From an uncultured Gemmatimonadales bacterium (lineage in GTDB: Bacteria; Gemmatimonadota; Gemmatimonadetes; Gemmatimonadales; GWC2-71-9), in assembly GCA_963728705.1 (NCBI GenBank), contig CAVSLY010000017.1, positions 58,702 through 122,701 of the forward strand: DNA of 64,000 nucleotides, given 5' to 3'. The position numbers were made by a program, and so were the translations under genes. Below, in pieces: positions 19,916-28,991 of this stretch. The stretch's first letter is position 1. Every line of letters starts with the position of its first letter. The notes below the pieces were generated by a model, which was given only the letters and a program-made list of their open reading frames with translations, made no database searches and was not told where the DNA came from.

Positions 19916-20838
19916 TGCGGATCGTCTTCTTCGGGACGCCGGAGTTCGCGGTGCCGTCCCTCCGGGCGCTGCTGCGCGAGCGCTACCAGGTGGTAGGGGT
20001 GGTCACCCAGCCGGACAAGCCGCAGGGCCGCTCGCGCTCGACACTCGTGGCGCCGCCGGTCAAGCAGGAAGCGGAGCGCGCCGGGATCCCCGTGCTCCAG
20101 CCGGTCCGGCCGCTGGGCGACGTCTTCCTCGCCGGCCTCCGCCGGCTCGATCCCGAGCTCGGCATCGTCGTGGCCTACGGCCATATTCTGCGCCCCGACG
20201 TCCTCTCGCTCCCCGCGCAGGGCATGATCAACGTCCACGCCTCGCTCCTGCCGCGCTGGCGCGGCGCCGCTCCGATCCAGCACGCCATCCTCACCGGCGA
20301 CCGCGAGACCGGCATCAGCATCATGCAGATGGAGGCGGGACTCGACAGCGGGCCGGTGCTGCACCGGATCGCCACGCCGCTCGACGCAGACGAGACGGCG
20401 GGCGCGCTCGCCACCCGCCTGAGCGAGCTCGGCGCCACCGCGCTGGTGGACGCGCTCTCGCTCCTCGCCGCCGGCTTCGCGAAGCCCGAGCCCCAGGACT
20501 CGACCGCCATGACCCTCGCACCCAAGATCGACCGCGACAGCGCCCGCCTCGACTGGCGCCGCGGGGCCGACGCGCTCGCCCGGCAGGTGCGCGCCTTCGA
20601 TCCCGCGCCGGGCGCGTGGGCCACGCTCGCCGACGCACCGGTCAAGCTGTTCGGCGCCGCCGCCACCGACCAGGCCGGCGAGCCCGGCCGGGTCCTCGCG
20701 GCAGGTAGCCAGCTCGTGGTGGGCACCGGCCACGGCTCGCTCGAGGTGCGCGAGGTCCAGCCCGCGGGCCGCACCCGGCTCACCGTGGGTGACTGGGTCC
20801 GCGGCCGCGGCATTGCCGCGGGGGACCGGCTCGAGTGA
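19915..20838 (+). CDS. fmt: Methionyl-tRNA formyltransferase
   Basis: ORF 19912..20838; the ATG at 19915 gives MRIVFFGTPEFAVPSL. Also HASLLPRWRGAAPIQ. Confidence 0.9.
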   Translation: MRIVFFGTPEFAVPSLRALLRERYQVVGVVTQPDKPQGRSRSTLVAPPVKQEAERAGIPVLQPVRPLGDVFLAGLRRLDPELGIVVAYGHILRPDVLSLPAQGMINVHASLLPRWRGAAPIQHAILTGDRETGISIMQMEAGLDSGPVLHRIATPLDADETAGALATRLSELGATALVDALSLLAAGFAKPEPQDSTAMTLAPKIDRDSARLDWRRGADALARQVRAFDPAPGAWATLADAPVKLFGAAATDQAGEPGRVLAAGSQLVVGTGHGSLEVREVQPAGRTRLTVGDWVRGRGIAAGDRLE

Positions 20839-21458
20839 GACCCCTGCCCCGCCTCCACGCGGTGACCGATGCCGAGGTTCTCGCCGCGCCCGACTTCGGC
20901 GTCCGCGCGGCGGCGATCGCGGCGGCGGGATCGGCGGTCGCGCTCCATGCCCGCGACCGAGCGGCCGGAGGCGCCGCCCTGACTCGCGCTGCCGCACGGC
21001 TGCTGGCGCTCGCACGCCCGGCCGAGGCGGCCGTGTTCGTGAGCGGGCGGCCCGACGTCGCCGCCGCGCTCGGCGCCCAAGGTGTGCAGCTCGCCGCGGA
21101 GGACCTGGCGCCGGCCGACGCACGCCGGATCCTGCCAGCGGGCTGGATCGGACGCTCGATCCACACGGCGGCCGAAGCCGCGGCCGCGGTGGACCAGGGC
21201 GCGGATTACCTCCTCGTCGGCAACGTGTACCAGACGGCGAGTCACCCCGGCCGTGCCGCGGCCGGGCTCGACCTGGTTCGCGCCGCGGCGGCGCTGGGGC
21301 GCCCGGTGATCGCGATCGGTGGGATCGACGCGGCGCGGGCGGGTGCCGTGCGCGAGGCGGGCGCCTGGGGCGTGGCGGCCATCGCCGCGCTCTGGCGCGC
21401 GCCCGACCCGGCCGCGGCGGCCCTCGCCCTGCTCGCGCCTTGGGCCGACGACACATGA
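20835..21458 (+). CDS. thiE: Thiamine-phosphate synthase
   Basis: GTG start (GTGA overlap with the fmt stop). Sequence LHAVTD...DYLLVGNVYQTASHPG...VIAIGGI. Confidence 0.8.
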   Translation: MRPLPRLHAVTDAEVLAAPDFGVRAAAIAAAGSAVALHARDRAAGGAALTRAAARLLALARPAEAAVFVSGRPDVAAALGAQGVQLAAEDLAPADARRILPAGWIGRSIHTAAEAAAAVDQGADYLLVGNVYQTASHPGRAAAGLDLVRAAAALGRPVIAIGGIDAARAGAVREAGAWGVAAIAALWRAPDPAAAALALLAPWADDT

Positions 21459-21664
21459 GCGAGCTGGCCGTCACCATCAACGGCGAGGTCCGCCGGGTGC
21501 CTGGCCCGGCGACGCTGCTCGAGCTGCTCACGCACCTCGGGCTGGACCCGCGCACGGTCGTGGTGGAGCGGAACCGAGCGATCGTCCGCCGGGTGAGGCT
21601 GGGAGAGACGATGGTGGCGGACGGCGACTCTATCGAGCTCGTGCACTTCGTCGGCGGGGGGTGA
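21455..21664 (+). CDS. thiS: Sulfur carrier protein ThiS
   Basis: ATG 21455 (ATGA overlap). 69 aa ending in VHFVGGG, the C-terminal GG of the ubiquitin-like carrier. Confidence 0.8.
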   Translation: MSELAVTINGEVRRVPGPATLLELLTHLGLDPRTVVVERNRAIVRRVRLGETMVADGDSIELVHFVGGG

Positions 21665-21723
21665 GCCCGCGGGAGCGATTATCTTTCCCGTCATCCCGGA
21701 GAGCGCAACCCTAAGGAGTCGAC

Positions 21724-22528
21724 ATGACCGGCACCCTCGCCCCCCACACCCTCACCGACGCCCCGCTGACCATCGGCGGCCGGAGCTTCCGCTCGCGGCT
21801 CATGGTCGGTACGGGGAAGTACCGCAACAACGGGGACATGGTGCGCGCCATCGAGGCCTCCGGTGCCGAGATCGTCACGGTGGCCGTGCGGCGGGTGGAC
21901 CTCGACCGGACCAAGGAAGAGGGGGTGCTCCACCACCTGAGTCCCGACCAGTATTTCCTCCTCGCCAACACCGCCGGCTGCTACTCCGCCGACGAGGCCG
22001 TCCGGTATGCGCGGCTGGCGCGGGAGGCGGGATTCAACGACTTCGTGAAGCTCGAGGTCATCGGCGACCGCGAGACCTTGCTCCCGGACACCGAGGGCCT
22101 GCTCGCGGCCGCCCGAACGCTGGTGCGGGAGGGCTTCCAGGTCCTCGCCTACACCAACGACGACCTCATCACCGCCCTCCGGCTCGAGGACGCGGGCTGC
22201 GCGGCGGTCATGCCGCTGGCCTCGCCGATCGGCAGCGGCCTGGGTCTGGTCAATCCCTACAGCATCCGCACGATCAAGCGCCGGCTCTCGGCGCCCGTCA
22301 TCGTCGACGCCGGCGTCGGCACCGCGTCGGACGCGTGCGTCACCATGGAGCAGGGCGTCGACGGCATCCTCATGAACACGGCGCTCGCCGAGGCGCAGGA
22401 TCCGGTGGCCATGGCCCGCGCCATGGGGCTCGCCGTCGAGGCGGGCCGTCTCGCCTACCTGGCCGGGCCGGATGCCGCGGCGCGAGGTCGCGATGCCGTC
22501 TTCGCCGGTTCGCGGGATGCTGGAGTAG
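21724..22528 (+). CDS. thiG: Thiazole synthase ThiG, one frame disruption near 22465-22469
   Basis: AAGGAG sits 5 nt upstream of ATG 21724. Sequence LMVGTGKY...FVKLEVIGD...[12 protein letters not shown]...[10 protein letters not shown]. The authentic tail [21 protein letters not shown]-stop (TAG 22526-22528) is in the +1 frame. The track shows an artificial 658-aa read-through. Confidence 0.85.
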
Positions 22529-22542
22529 AGATCGTTGCCGTA

Positions 22543-22645
22543 TTCACCACGAAGGCACGAAGAGCACGAAGGGCCACGAAGCCCCACCCCCCATTTGTTG
22601 TTGTGTCTTCGTGGCCTTCGTGGCCTTCGTGCCTTTGTGGTGCAA
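22543..22645. repeat. Family-1 hairpin repeat: inverted pair of TTCACCAC-(GGCACGAAG)n units
   Basis: ttcaccacgaaggcacgaagagcacgaagggccacgaag (22543-22581) faces the reverse complement ttgcaccacaaaggcacgaaggccacgaaggccacgaagac (22605-22645). The centre is gccccaccccccatttgttgttgt. Confidence 0.85.
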
Positions 22646-22653
22646 GGCCAGTG

Positions 22654-23988
22654 ATGTCCGCTCCGGGGCTCGACTCCAGGCGCGCCGCGTACACCGTATT
22701 GCAGCAAGTCCGCGCCGGCCGCCCGTTCGAGGCGGCGCTGGACCGGGCGGTGCAGCGACTGACGGAGCCAGATCGGCGCTTGGCGCACGAGCTCGCCGCC
22801 GGCGTGCTCCGGAGCCAGACGGCGCTCGACGAGCGGCTGGCCCCGCTGGTTCCCCGCGGCTGGGCGAGCGTGGCACCGGAGCTCAAAGAGGTGCTGCGGC
22901 TCGGCGCCTTCCAGCTGACGGCGCTCGACCGGGTGCCCGTGCACTCGGCGGTGGACACCAGCGTCGCGCTGGCCAAGGAGGCCGGCGGCGCGAAGGCGGG
23001 CGGATTCGTGAACGCGGTGCTCCGGCGGGTTGGGCGGCTGGAAGGTGTGAAAGGTCGCTGCGCGCACGGACGACATCGTGCACGCACCGCCGGGCGATCC
23101 GACCGCGGCACAGCTGGCGGACGCGGCGTCGCACCCGCACTGGCTCGTGGAGCGCTGGCTGGCGCGGTTCGGTCCGGCGGAGACCGAGGCGCTGCTCCAT
23201 TGGAACAACACCCGGCCCCGGCTCGTGCTGCAGCCCGCGCGCGAGCCCGCGGAGGAGCTCGAGCGGCGCTGGCGGGCCGCGGGCATCGAGGTCACTCCGG
23301 CGCCGTTCGGCGCGGGGCTGATCACCGACCGGTCGCGGCCGCAGGACCTGCCGGGCTATGCGCATGGCGCCTTCCAGGTGCAGGATCCGGCGCAGGCGCT
23401 GCTCGCGTGGTACGCGGATCTGGCGCCGGACGCGACGCTCTACGACGCCTGCGCGGCGCCCGGCGGCAAGGCGATCACCCTGGGTCGCGGCGTGGCGCGT
23501 GTCGTCGCGGGCGACGCCAGCCGCGCCGCGGATACGGCGCCTCGCCGGGAACCTCCGCCGCGCCGGCAGCGGCCGCGAGTTCGCGATCGTTGCCGACGCG
23601 CTCGCGCCGCCGGTGCGGCCGGTCGACGCGGTGCTGGTTGACGCGCCCTGTCTCGGCACCGGCACCTTCGCCCGGCATCCGGACGCGCGCTGGCGGGTGA
23701 CGCCCGAAGCGCTGGCGTCGCTCGCTGAGCATCCAGGCCGCGCTGCTCGACCACGCGTCCGCGGCCGTGGCGCCGGGCGGGCTGCTGCTCTACAGCACCT
23801 GCTCGATCGAGCCCGAGGAGAACGCCGAGCAGGTCGAGCGGTTCCTGGCGCGCCACCCCGAGTACCGGCGAGAGCCAAGCGAGACCTTCCCCGCCACCCT
23901 GACGTCGCCCGAGGGAGACCTGATGATCCTGCCCCATCGGCACCAGATGGACGGGGCGTTCGCGGCCCGGCTGAGGCGGACGCCATGA
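22654..23988 (+). pseudogene. rsmB: 16S rRNA (cytosine967-C5)-methyltransferase RsmB/Sun, three frame disruptions
   Basis: Four segments. (1) [19 protein letters not shown]...GFVNAVLRR. (2) [10 protein letters not shown]...[13 protein letters not shown]...DACAAPGGK (ORF 23078..). (3) [24 protein letters not shown] (frame of 23358..). (4) APGGLLLYSTCSIEPEENAEQV (ORF 23767..23988). Switches are near 23040-23080, ~23530 and ~23740. Confidence 0.8.
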
Positions 23989-24560
23989 GGATGCGGCGGC
24001 ACACCGGGCCGACGTTCGGAGCGATCCGCTCTGCGTCGTGGGGGCGGTTCGCGCGCGACCTGGGCCTCGTCGCCCTCACCTTCGTCGTCGGCTACGCCAT
24101 CTCCGCATTCTGGATCACGCCCGGCGGCGTCACCGGCGACGACCACGCGATCCCCCGGGTGCTCGGCCAGCCGCTGGAGCAGGCGAAGACCGCGCTCGCC
24201 AACGCCGGCTTCCGCTCTCGGGCCGAGGGCGAGCGCCCGAGCCCGACGACACCGCGCGGCAGCGTCCTGTGGCAGGATCCGCCGCCGGGCATGGTCGCGC
24301 CGCCCAACGCGATCGTGCAACTGGTGCAGAGCGCGGGTCCGGCGCCGGTCACGGTGCCCGACGTCGTGGGTCTCGCCCTGCCCTACGCGGAGAAGGTGGT
24401 GGTCGCGGCCGGGATCCGGGTGGGACGCGTCGACACGGTGCGCGGCGGAGGGGCCGAGCCCGGCATCGTCATCGCCACCCGGCCCTCGCCGGGCAACGGG
24501 CGGCCGCGAGGTTCGCGGATCGACCTGGTGGTGAGCGGACCGCCGGCAGGTGGCCTGTGA
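23985..24560 (+). CDS. Membrane-anchored PASTA-domain protein
   Basis: ATG 23985 (ATGA overlap with the rsmB stop). TM helix LGLVALTFVVGYAISAFWI, then two PASTA-like units (IPRVLGQPLEQAKTALANAGF; VPDVVGLALPYAEKVVVAAGIRV). Confidence 0.6.
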   Translation: MRMRRHTGPTFGAIRSASWGRFARDLGLVALTFVVGYAISAFWITPGGVTGDDHAIPRVLGQPLEQAKTALANAGFRSRAEGERPSPTTPRGSVLWQDPPPGMVAPPNAIVQLVQSAGPAPVTVPDVVGLALPYAEKVVVAAGIRVGRVDTVRGGGAEPGIVIATRPSPGNGRPRGSRIDLVVSGPPAGGL

Positions 24561-25221
24561 GCGCCCGGATCTCGCCGAGCGTGCTGAGCGCCGACCTCGG
24601 CCGGCTGCGCGAGCAGCTCGAGCAGGCCATCGCCGGCGGCGCGGAGTGGATCCACGTCGACGTGATGGACGGGCACTTCGTGCCCAACCTCTCGTTCGGC
24701 GCGCCGATGATCCGGGCGATCCGGCGGCTCACCGACCGTCCCCTCGACGTCCACCTGATGGTGGAGCGGCCGGAGCAGTACATCGCCGAGTACGCCAACG
24801 CGGGCGCCAACGTCTTCACCTTTCACCCCGAGGCCACGGTGCACGTGCAGCGGCAGCTCGCCGCCGTGCGCGAGCGCGGGATGCAGGCGGGGCTCGCCCT
24901 CAATCCCGGCGCGCCGCTCGCGCTGATGGAGGAAGTCGTGCCCGATCTCGACCTGGTGCTCGTGATGTCCGTGAACCCGGGTTCGGCGGGCAGTCGTACC
25001 TGCCGGGCTCGACCGACAAGATCCGCCGCGTCCGCGCGCTGCTCGACCGCCATCGGTCGGCCGCCGCGCTGGAGGTCGACGGCGGGATCACCACCGCCAC
25101 CATCGCCGAAGCCTGGGGCGCGGGGGCGGATACGTTCGTGGCCGGCACCGCCGTGTTCGGCGCGACCGATCCCGCCGCGGCGGTGCGCGAGCTGCAGCGC
25201 CGCTGCGCCGTGAGGGTCTGA
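24557..25221 (+). CDS. rpe: Ribulose-phosphate 3-epimerase, one frame disruption near 24980
   Basis: GTG 24557 (GTGA overlap). Sequence ISPSVLSADLGRL...HVDVMDGHFVPNLSFG...DVHLMV...LVMSVNPG, then FGGQSYLPGSTDKIRRV...EVDGGI in the frame of ORF 24550..25221. Confidence 0.85.
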
Positions 25222-25228
25222 GGGACTC

Positions 25229-25769
25229 ATGCCGAAGCAGTGGATCTTCGTAGGGCTCGTCGTCGCCGGCCTGGCGGGCGGGGCCATCATCATGACCCAG
25301 CTCGGAAACGAGGTGAAGCCGGTAGCCGTGGGGTCCGTGGCCCCCGATTTCAAGGCGATCGATCTCGCGACCGGCGACTCCGTCTCCCTGCACGAGCGCT
25401 ACCGCGGCAAGGTGACGCTGATCAACATCTGGGCGACCTGGTGCGCGCCGTGCCGCGTCGAGATGCCCGTCCATGGAGCAGGTGTACGACTCGCTGGCGC
25501 CGCAGGGCTTCGCGATCGCGGCGGTGAGCATCGACGAAGGAGGTCCGGAGGAGGTGCGGGAATTCGGAAGCGAGCTCGGGCTGACCTTCGACCTCCTGCA
25601 GGACCGGAGCGGCCAGGTCCAGCAGCTCTACCAGACGACCGGGGTGCCCGAAAGCTTTCTGCTCGATCGCCACGGCGTGATCGTCAAGCGCATCATCTCG
25701 GCCCACGACTGGAACTCGGACGCCAACCGGGCGCTCATCCGCCGGCTCCTCGACGAGCCGGGCGCCTGA
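25229..25769 (+). CDS. TlpA/ResA-like thiol-disulfide oxidoreductase (thioredoxin fold), one frame disruption near 25469
   Basis: ORF 25229.. gives a signal anchor plus APDFKAIDL...INIWATWCAPCRVEMP. It continues in ORF 25473..25769: SMEQVYDSLAPQGFAIAAVSIDEG...YQTTGVPESFLLDRHGVIV. Confidence 0.75.
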
Positions 25770-25770
25770 C

Positions 25771-26691
25771 GTGAGCCTTCGCAGCGCTCTCACCGCCGAC
25801 CTGCCGCTCAAGTTCACTTCCCTCGGGCTGTCGGTCTTCCTCTGGTTCATCGCCGCCGGAGAGGAGCCCGCGAGCGCGCTCGTGCCGGTGGACCTGAGCG
25901 TCCGGCCGCCGCCAGGGCGGACCGTCGTCCGGACGGAGGGACCGGTACGGGCGCTCGTCACCGGCCCGCGGCGCGAGCTGCTCCGGCTCACCACCACGCC
26001 GATGCGGCTCACGCGCATCCTGCCCGACACCACCGCCGCCGACCTGGTGCAGGTCGAGCTCACGCCCGGGGAGCTCGAGATTCCCCGCGGCGTGGATGTG
26101 CACGTGCAGGACGTGCAGCCGCGCGCCGTGGCGGTCGAGCTCGACTCCACCTTCCAGCGCGTGGTGCCGGTGCAGGCCGTCGTCCGGCTGCCGCCGGAGA
26201 CGGGGCACGTGCTGAGCGCGATCGCGGTGGTCCCGGGCACCGTCCGTCTGCTCGGCCCGCGCGACGCGATCGAGCGCGTCGACTCGGTGCGTACCGAGCC
26301 GCTCGAGGTGGCCCAGGCCGACGGGCCGGTCGAGGAAACCCTCGCGCTCGACACCTCGGGCTTCGGGCGGGTGCGGGTACTGCCGGCGGAGGTCACCGTG
26401 CGGGTCAGCATCGAGGCGATGGGCGAGCGGACATTGACCCGAGTGCCGGTGCGGCTGCCGAGCGATCTCGCGGCGGTCGTGCGACCGGAGCGGGCGACGG
26501 TCGAAGTGCGGGTGCGCGGGCCCGCCACCCGTCTGGCCGGTCTCTCGCGCGACAGCGTGCCAGTGGTGGTGGACTGGACCGGTCCGCCGGGCGAGGGACG
26601 CGCCGCGCTTCGGGTGCTTGCCCCACCGGGACTCGACGCCCGAGCCCTGCCCGACAGCCTGGCGCTCGTCCGCCGGAGCGGCGATGGCTGA
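25771..26691 (+). CDS. YbbR-domain protein (CdaR-like)
   Basis: ORF of 306 aa. N-terminal TM LKFTSLGLSVFLWFIAAG followed by repeated beta-rich YbbR-like modules. Confidence 0.55.
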   Translation: MSLRSALTADLPLKFTSLGLSVFLWFIAAGEEPASALVPVDLSVRPPPGRTVVRTEGPVRALVTGPRRELLRLTTTPMRLTRILPDTTAADLVQVELTPGELEIPRGVDVHVQDVQPRAVAVELDSTFQRVVPVQAVVRLPPETGHVLSAIAVVPGTVRLLGPRDAIERVDSVRTEPLEVAQADGPVEETLALDTSGFGRVRVLPAEVTVRVSIEAMGERTLTRVPVRLPSDLAAVVRPERATVEVRVRGPATRLAGLSRDSVPVVVDWTGPPGEGRAALRVLAPPGLDARALPDSLALVRRSGDG

Positions 26692-27782
26692 GTGGATCCT
26701 GGGGATCGAGACCTCGTGCGACGAAACCTCGGCGGCCGTGCTCTCGACTGGCGATGCCTCGAATCACGGCGTGCGTGCGGAGCTCGCGGGCCTCTCGATT
26801 CTCTCGCAGGACGTGCACCGGATCTTCGGCGGCGTCGTGCCCGAGCTCGCCAGCCGGGCGCACGTGCAGGCGCTCGGCTCCGTGGTCAACCGAGCCCTGG
26901 GCGACGCCGGTATCGGCCTCCGGCAGCTCGACGGTATCACGGTGACCTCAGGCCCCGGGCTGGTGGGCGCGTTGCTGGTGGGCGTGATGCACGCGAAGAC
27001 GCTGGCGTACAGCCTCGAGCGCCCGCTGCTGGGCGTGAACCATCTCGAGGGCCACCTGTTCGCACCGACGCTGGAGGATGCCGAGCTGGCGCCGCCGTTC
27101 GTGGCGCTGCTGGTGAGCGGCGGGCACACCATGCTGCTCGACGTGCCCGCGTGGGGCGAGTATCGCCTGCTTGGCCAGACGCTCGACGATGCCGCCGGCG
27201 AGGCGTTCGACAAGGTGGCCAAGCTGCTCGGCCTCGGCTATCCGGGCGGGGCGGCGATCGAGCGGCTCGCGCGCGAGGGCCGGCCCGACCGGTTCCGCTT
27301 TCCGCGGCCCATGCGCCAGGAGCTCGATCGCGACGGGCCCCACCGCTACGACTTCTCGTTCAGCGGCCTCAAGACCGCCGTCCTTCGCGTCGTGCGGCCG
27401 ACGCCCGGCGGCGAGCCGGCCGCACTCGAGTGAGCAAGACAAGGCCGACATCGCCTGGGCGTTCCAGGACGCGGCCACCGACGTGCTCGTCGCCAAGGCG
27501 GCGCACGCCACCCTGGCGCTCGGCTACACCGCCGCGATGATCGGCGGCGGGGTCGCCTGCAATCGCGCGCTGGTGACGCGCCTCCGCGACCGGCTGGCGG
27601 GACAGGCCCGGGTAAGCGTAGCTTCCCCGCGGCTCAACACCGACAACGCGGCGATGATCGCCGCCGCGGGTGCGTGGCGGCTCGCGCGGGGCGAACGGAG
27701 CGGCTGGGACCTCGAGCCGCGCGACAACCTTCCCCTGCCGGGCCTCATCGCCCCGAATCCCGTCTCCGGATCCAACGCGTGA
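26684..27782 (+). CDS. tsaD: tRNA N6-adenosine threonylcarbamoyltransferase TsaD, one frame disruption near 27431
   Basis: MAEWILGIETSCDETSAAV...SGPGLVGALLVG...VNHLEGH...LVSGGHT...DDAAGEAFDK. The tail ADIAWAFQDAATDVL...GGGVACNRAL is in the frame of ORF 27171..27782. Confidence 0.9.
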
Positions 27783-28636
27783 CCATCTATCCCTTCAAGA
27801 TCCCGCTGCCATTCTTTCCCCACGAGCTCACCGGCTACGGGCTCATGATGATGGTGGCCTTCCTCATGGGCGGCTGGCTCGTCACGCTCGAGCTCCGCCG
27901 ACGGCGCCTGTCCGAGGACTACTCGGCCGACATGGTCGCCGCGGCGGTGATCGGCGGCATCATCGGGGCCAAACTCTGGTACGTGGCGCTCATGCGGGAT
28001 CCGGGTGCGCTGCTCTCGCGCGGCGGCTTCGTCTGGTACGGCGGCTTCCTCGGCGGCACCGCGGCGGTCATCCTCAACGGCTGGCGGCTCCGCGTGCCGA
28101 TCCGGTGGACCATGCAGCTCATCGCCCCGGCGCTCGCCGCCTCCTATGCGCTGGGCCGGGTAGGGTGCTTTCTCGTCAACGACGACTACGGCCGGCCGAC
28201 GTCGGTGCCGTGGGCCGTGAAGTTTCCCCAGGGGTTGCCGCCATCGACCGCCGGTAACATGGACGTGATGTTCGGCATTCCGGTTCCGCCCGGCGTGTCA
28301 CCGTCGACCGTGCTCGCGGTGCACCCGACCCAGCTCTATGAGACCACGCTCATGCTGGCCGCTTTCACCCTCCTCTGGGCCTGGCGCAAGCGGCCTCGGC
28401 CGGTGGGCTGGCTGTTCGGTTTGTATCTGGTGTTTGCCGGGATCGAGCGGTTCCTGGTGGAGATCCTGCGGGCCAAGGATGACCGCTTGATCGGGACGTT
28501 CACGCTTGCGCAACTCACGTCGGTCATCCTGGTCGCGGTGGGCGTGTGGCTGCTGACGGCTTGGAAGGGCTCGCCGGACCCGGCACCCGGGGCCTATCTC
28601 CTGGGTGGCAAGGAACTGGTCGTGTCAAAGTCCTAG
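27779..28636 (+). CDS. lgt: Prolipoprotein diacylglyceryl transferase
   Basis: GTG 27779 (GTGA overlap with the tsaD stop). Sequence GYGLMMMVAFLMG...WYGGFLGG...GRVGCFLVNDDYGRPT...HPTQLYE. Confidence 0.85.
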   Translation: MTIYPFKIPLPFFPHELTGYGLMMMVAFLMGGWLVTLELRRRRLSEDYSADMVAAAVIGGIIGAKLWYVALMRDPGALLSRGGFVWYGGFLGGTAAVILNGWRLRVPIRWTMQLIAPALAASYALGRVGCFLVNDDYGRPTSVPWAVKFPQGLPPSTAGNMDVMFGIPVPPGVSPSTVLAVHPTQLYETTLMLAAFTLLWAWRKRPRPVGWLFGLYLVFAGIERFLVEILRAKDDRLIGTFTLAQLTSVILVAVGVWLLTAWKGSPDPAPGAYLLGGKELVVSKS

Positions 28637-28784
28637 ACATTTCCTGTAACTTGTCTAGTAGTAATAGGTTACCAGGCGGATTTCAAAAGCTGTCACACTC
28701 CTCGACAGTTCGCGCCCCTTGGTCCACCCTCGGATCGCCGCCGTAAACCTTTGCCTCCCAATAACTTCCGATTTGTGCACCAAT

Positions 28785-28799
28785 TGGCACCACACTTGC
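28785..28799 (+). promoter_or_regulatory. Sigma-54 (-24/-12) promoter, exact consensus TGGCAC-N5-TTGC
   Basis: caatTGGCACcacacTTGCc, with TGGCAC at 28785-28790 and TTGC at 28796-28799. Lies in a 355-bp non-coding AT-richer gap. Inverted repeats sit at about -150 and -110. Confidence 0.5.
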
Positions 28800-28809
28800 C
28801 TTAAGAGAG

Positions 28810-28958
28810 CCCGAGAAGTCGCAGGGGACTTCCACCGGAAAGTGGTAGATCGAAGAAGGGTGGAGCTGGCACATCGGCCTGTCTCCGTAAACTCAGGGGG
28901 CGATCTACCACCTGTCTATGCGAACGGCCCGTCCATCTGGACGGGCCGCTCGCATGTT
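28810..28958 (+). ncRNA. Candidate sigma-54-dependent small RNA (unclassified, ~150 nt)
   Basis: Bounded by the predicted start about 11 nt after the -12 element and by the strong hairpin at 28926-28947. Internal helices are 28815-28832, 28832-28845 and an 11-bp long-range helix (28842-28852 with 28901-28911). No ORF closes before the hairpin. No known-family motif recognised. Confidence 0.3.
28926..28947. terminator. GC-rich hairpin (9-bp perfect stem, tetraloop), possible bidirectional terminator
   Basis: GGCCCGTCC-atct-GGACGGGCC. Followed by gctcgcatgttt on the plus strand. On the minus strand it lies 45 nt after the rraA stop. The U-tracts are weak. Confidence 0.45.
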
Positions 28959-28991
28959 TGGGAGCTGCCCACACGACCGGCACCACTTCGA

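Noticed and set aside
19843-21555. 570-aa minus-strand ORF opposite fmt/thiE
   Set aside because: Arg/Pro-rich antisense shadow ORF. The plus strand carries fmt, thiE and thiS with canonical motifs and coupled starts.
21724-23700. 658-aa ORF that looks like a ThiG-RsmB fusion protein
   Set aside because: It is an artefact. A frameshift near 22465 hides the real ThiG stop (TAG 22526-22528), and the read-through crosses a stop-free family-1 repeat into rsmB.
28637-28991. Known structured RNAs (RNase P, tmRNA, SRP/4.5S, 6S, TPP or cobalamin riboswitch) in the AT-rich gap
   Set aside because: The diagnostic cores are absent on either strand: GGAAAGUCCGGGC of RNase P, the tmRNA tag ORF and CCA-proximal T-arm, the SRP GGAA/AGCA domain IV, and the riboswitch cores. 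6S RNA cannot be excluded by eye.
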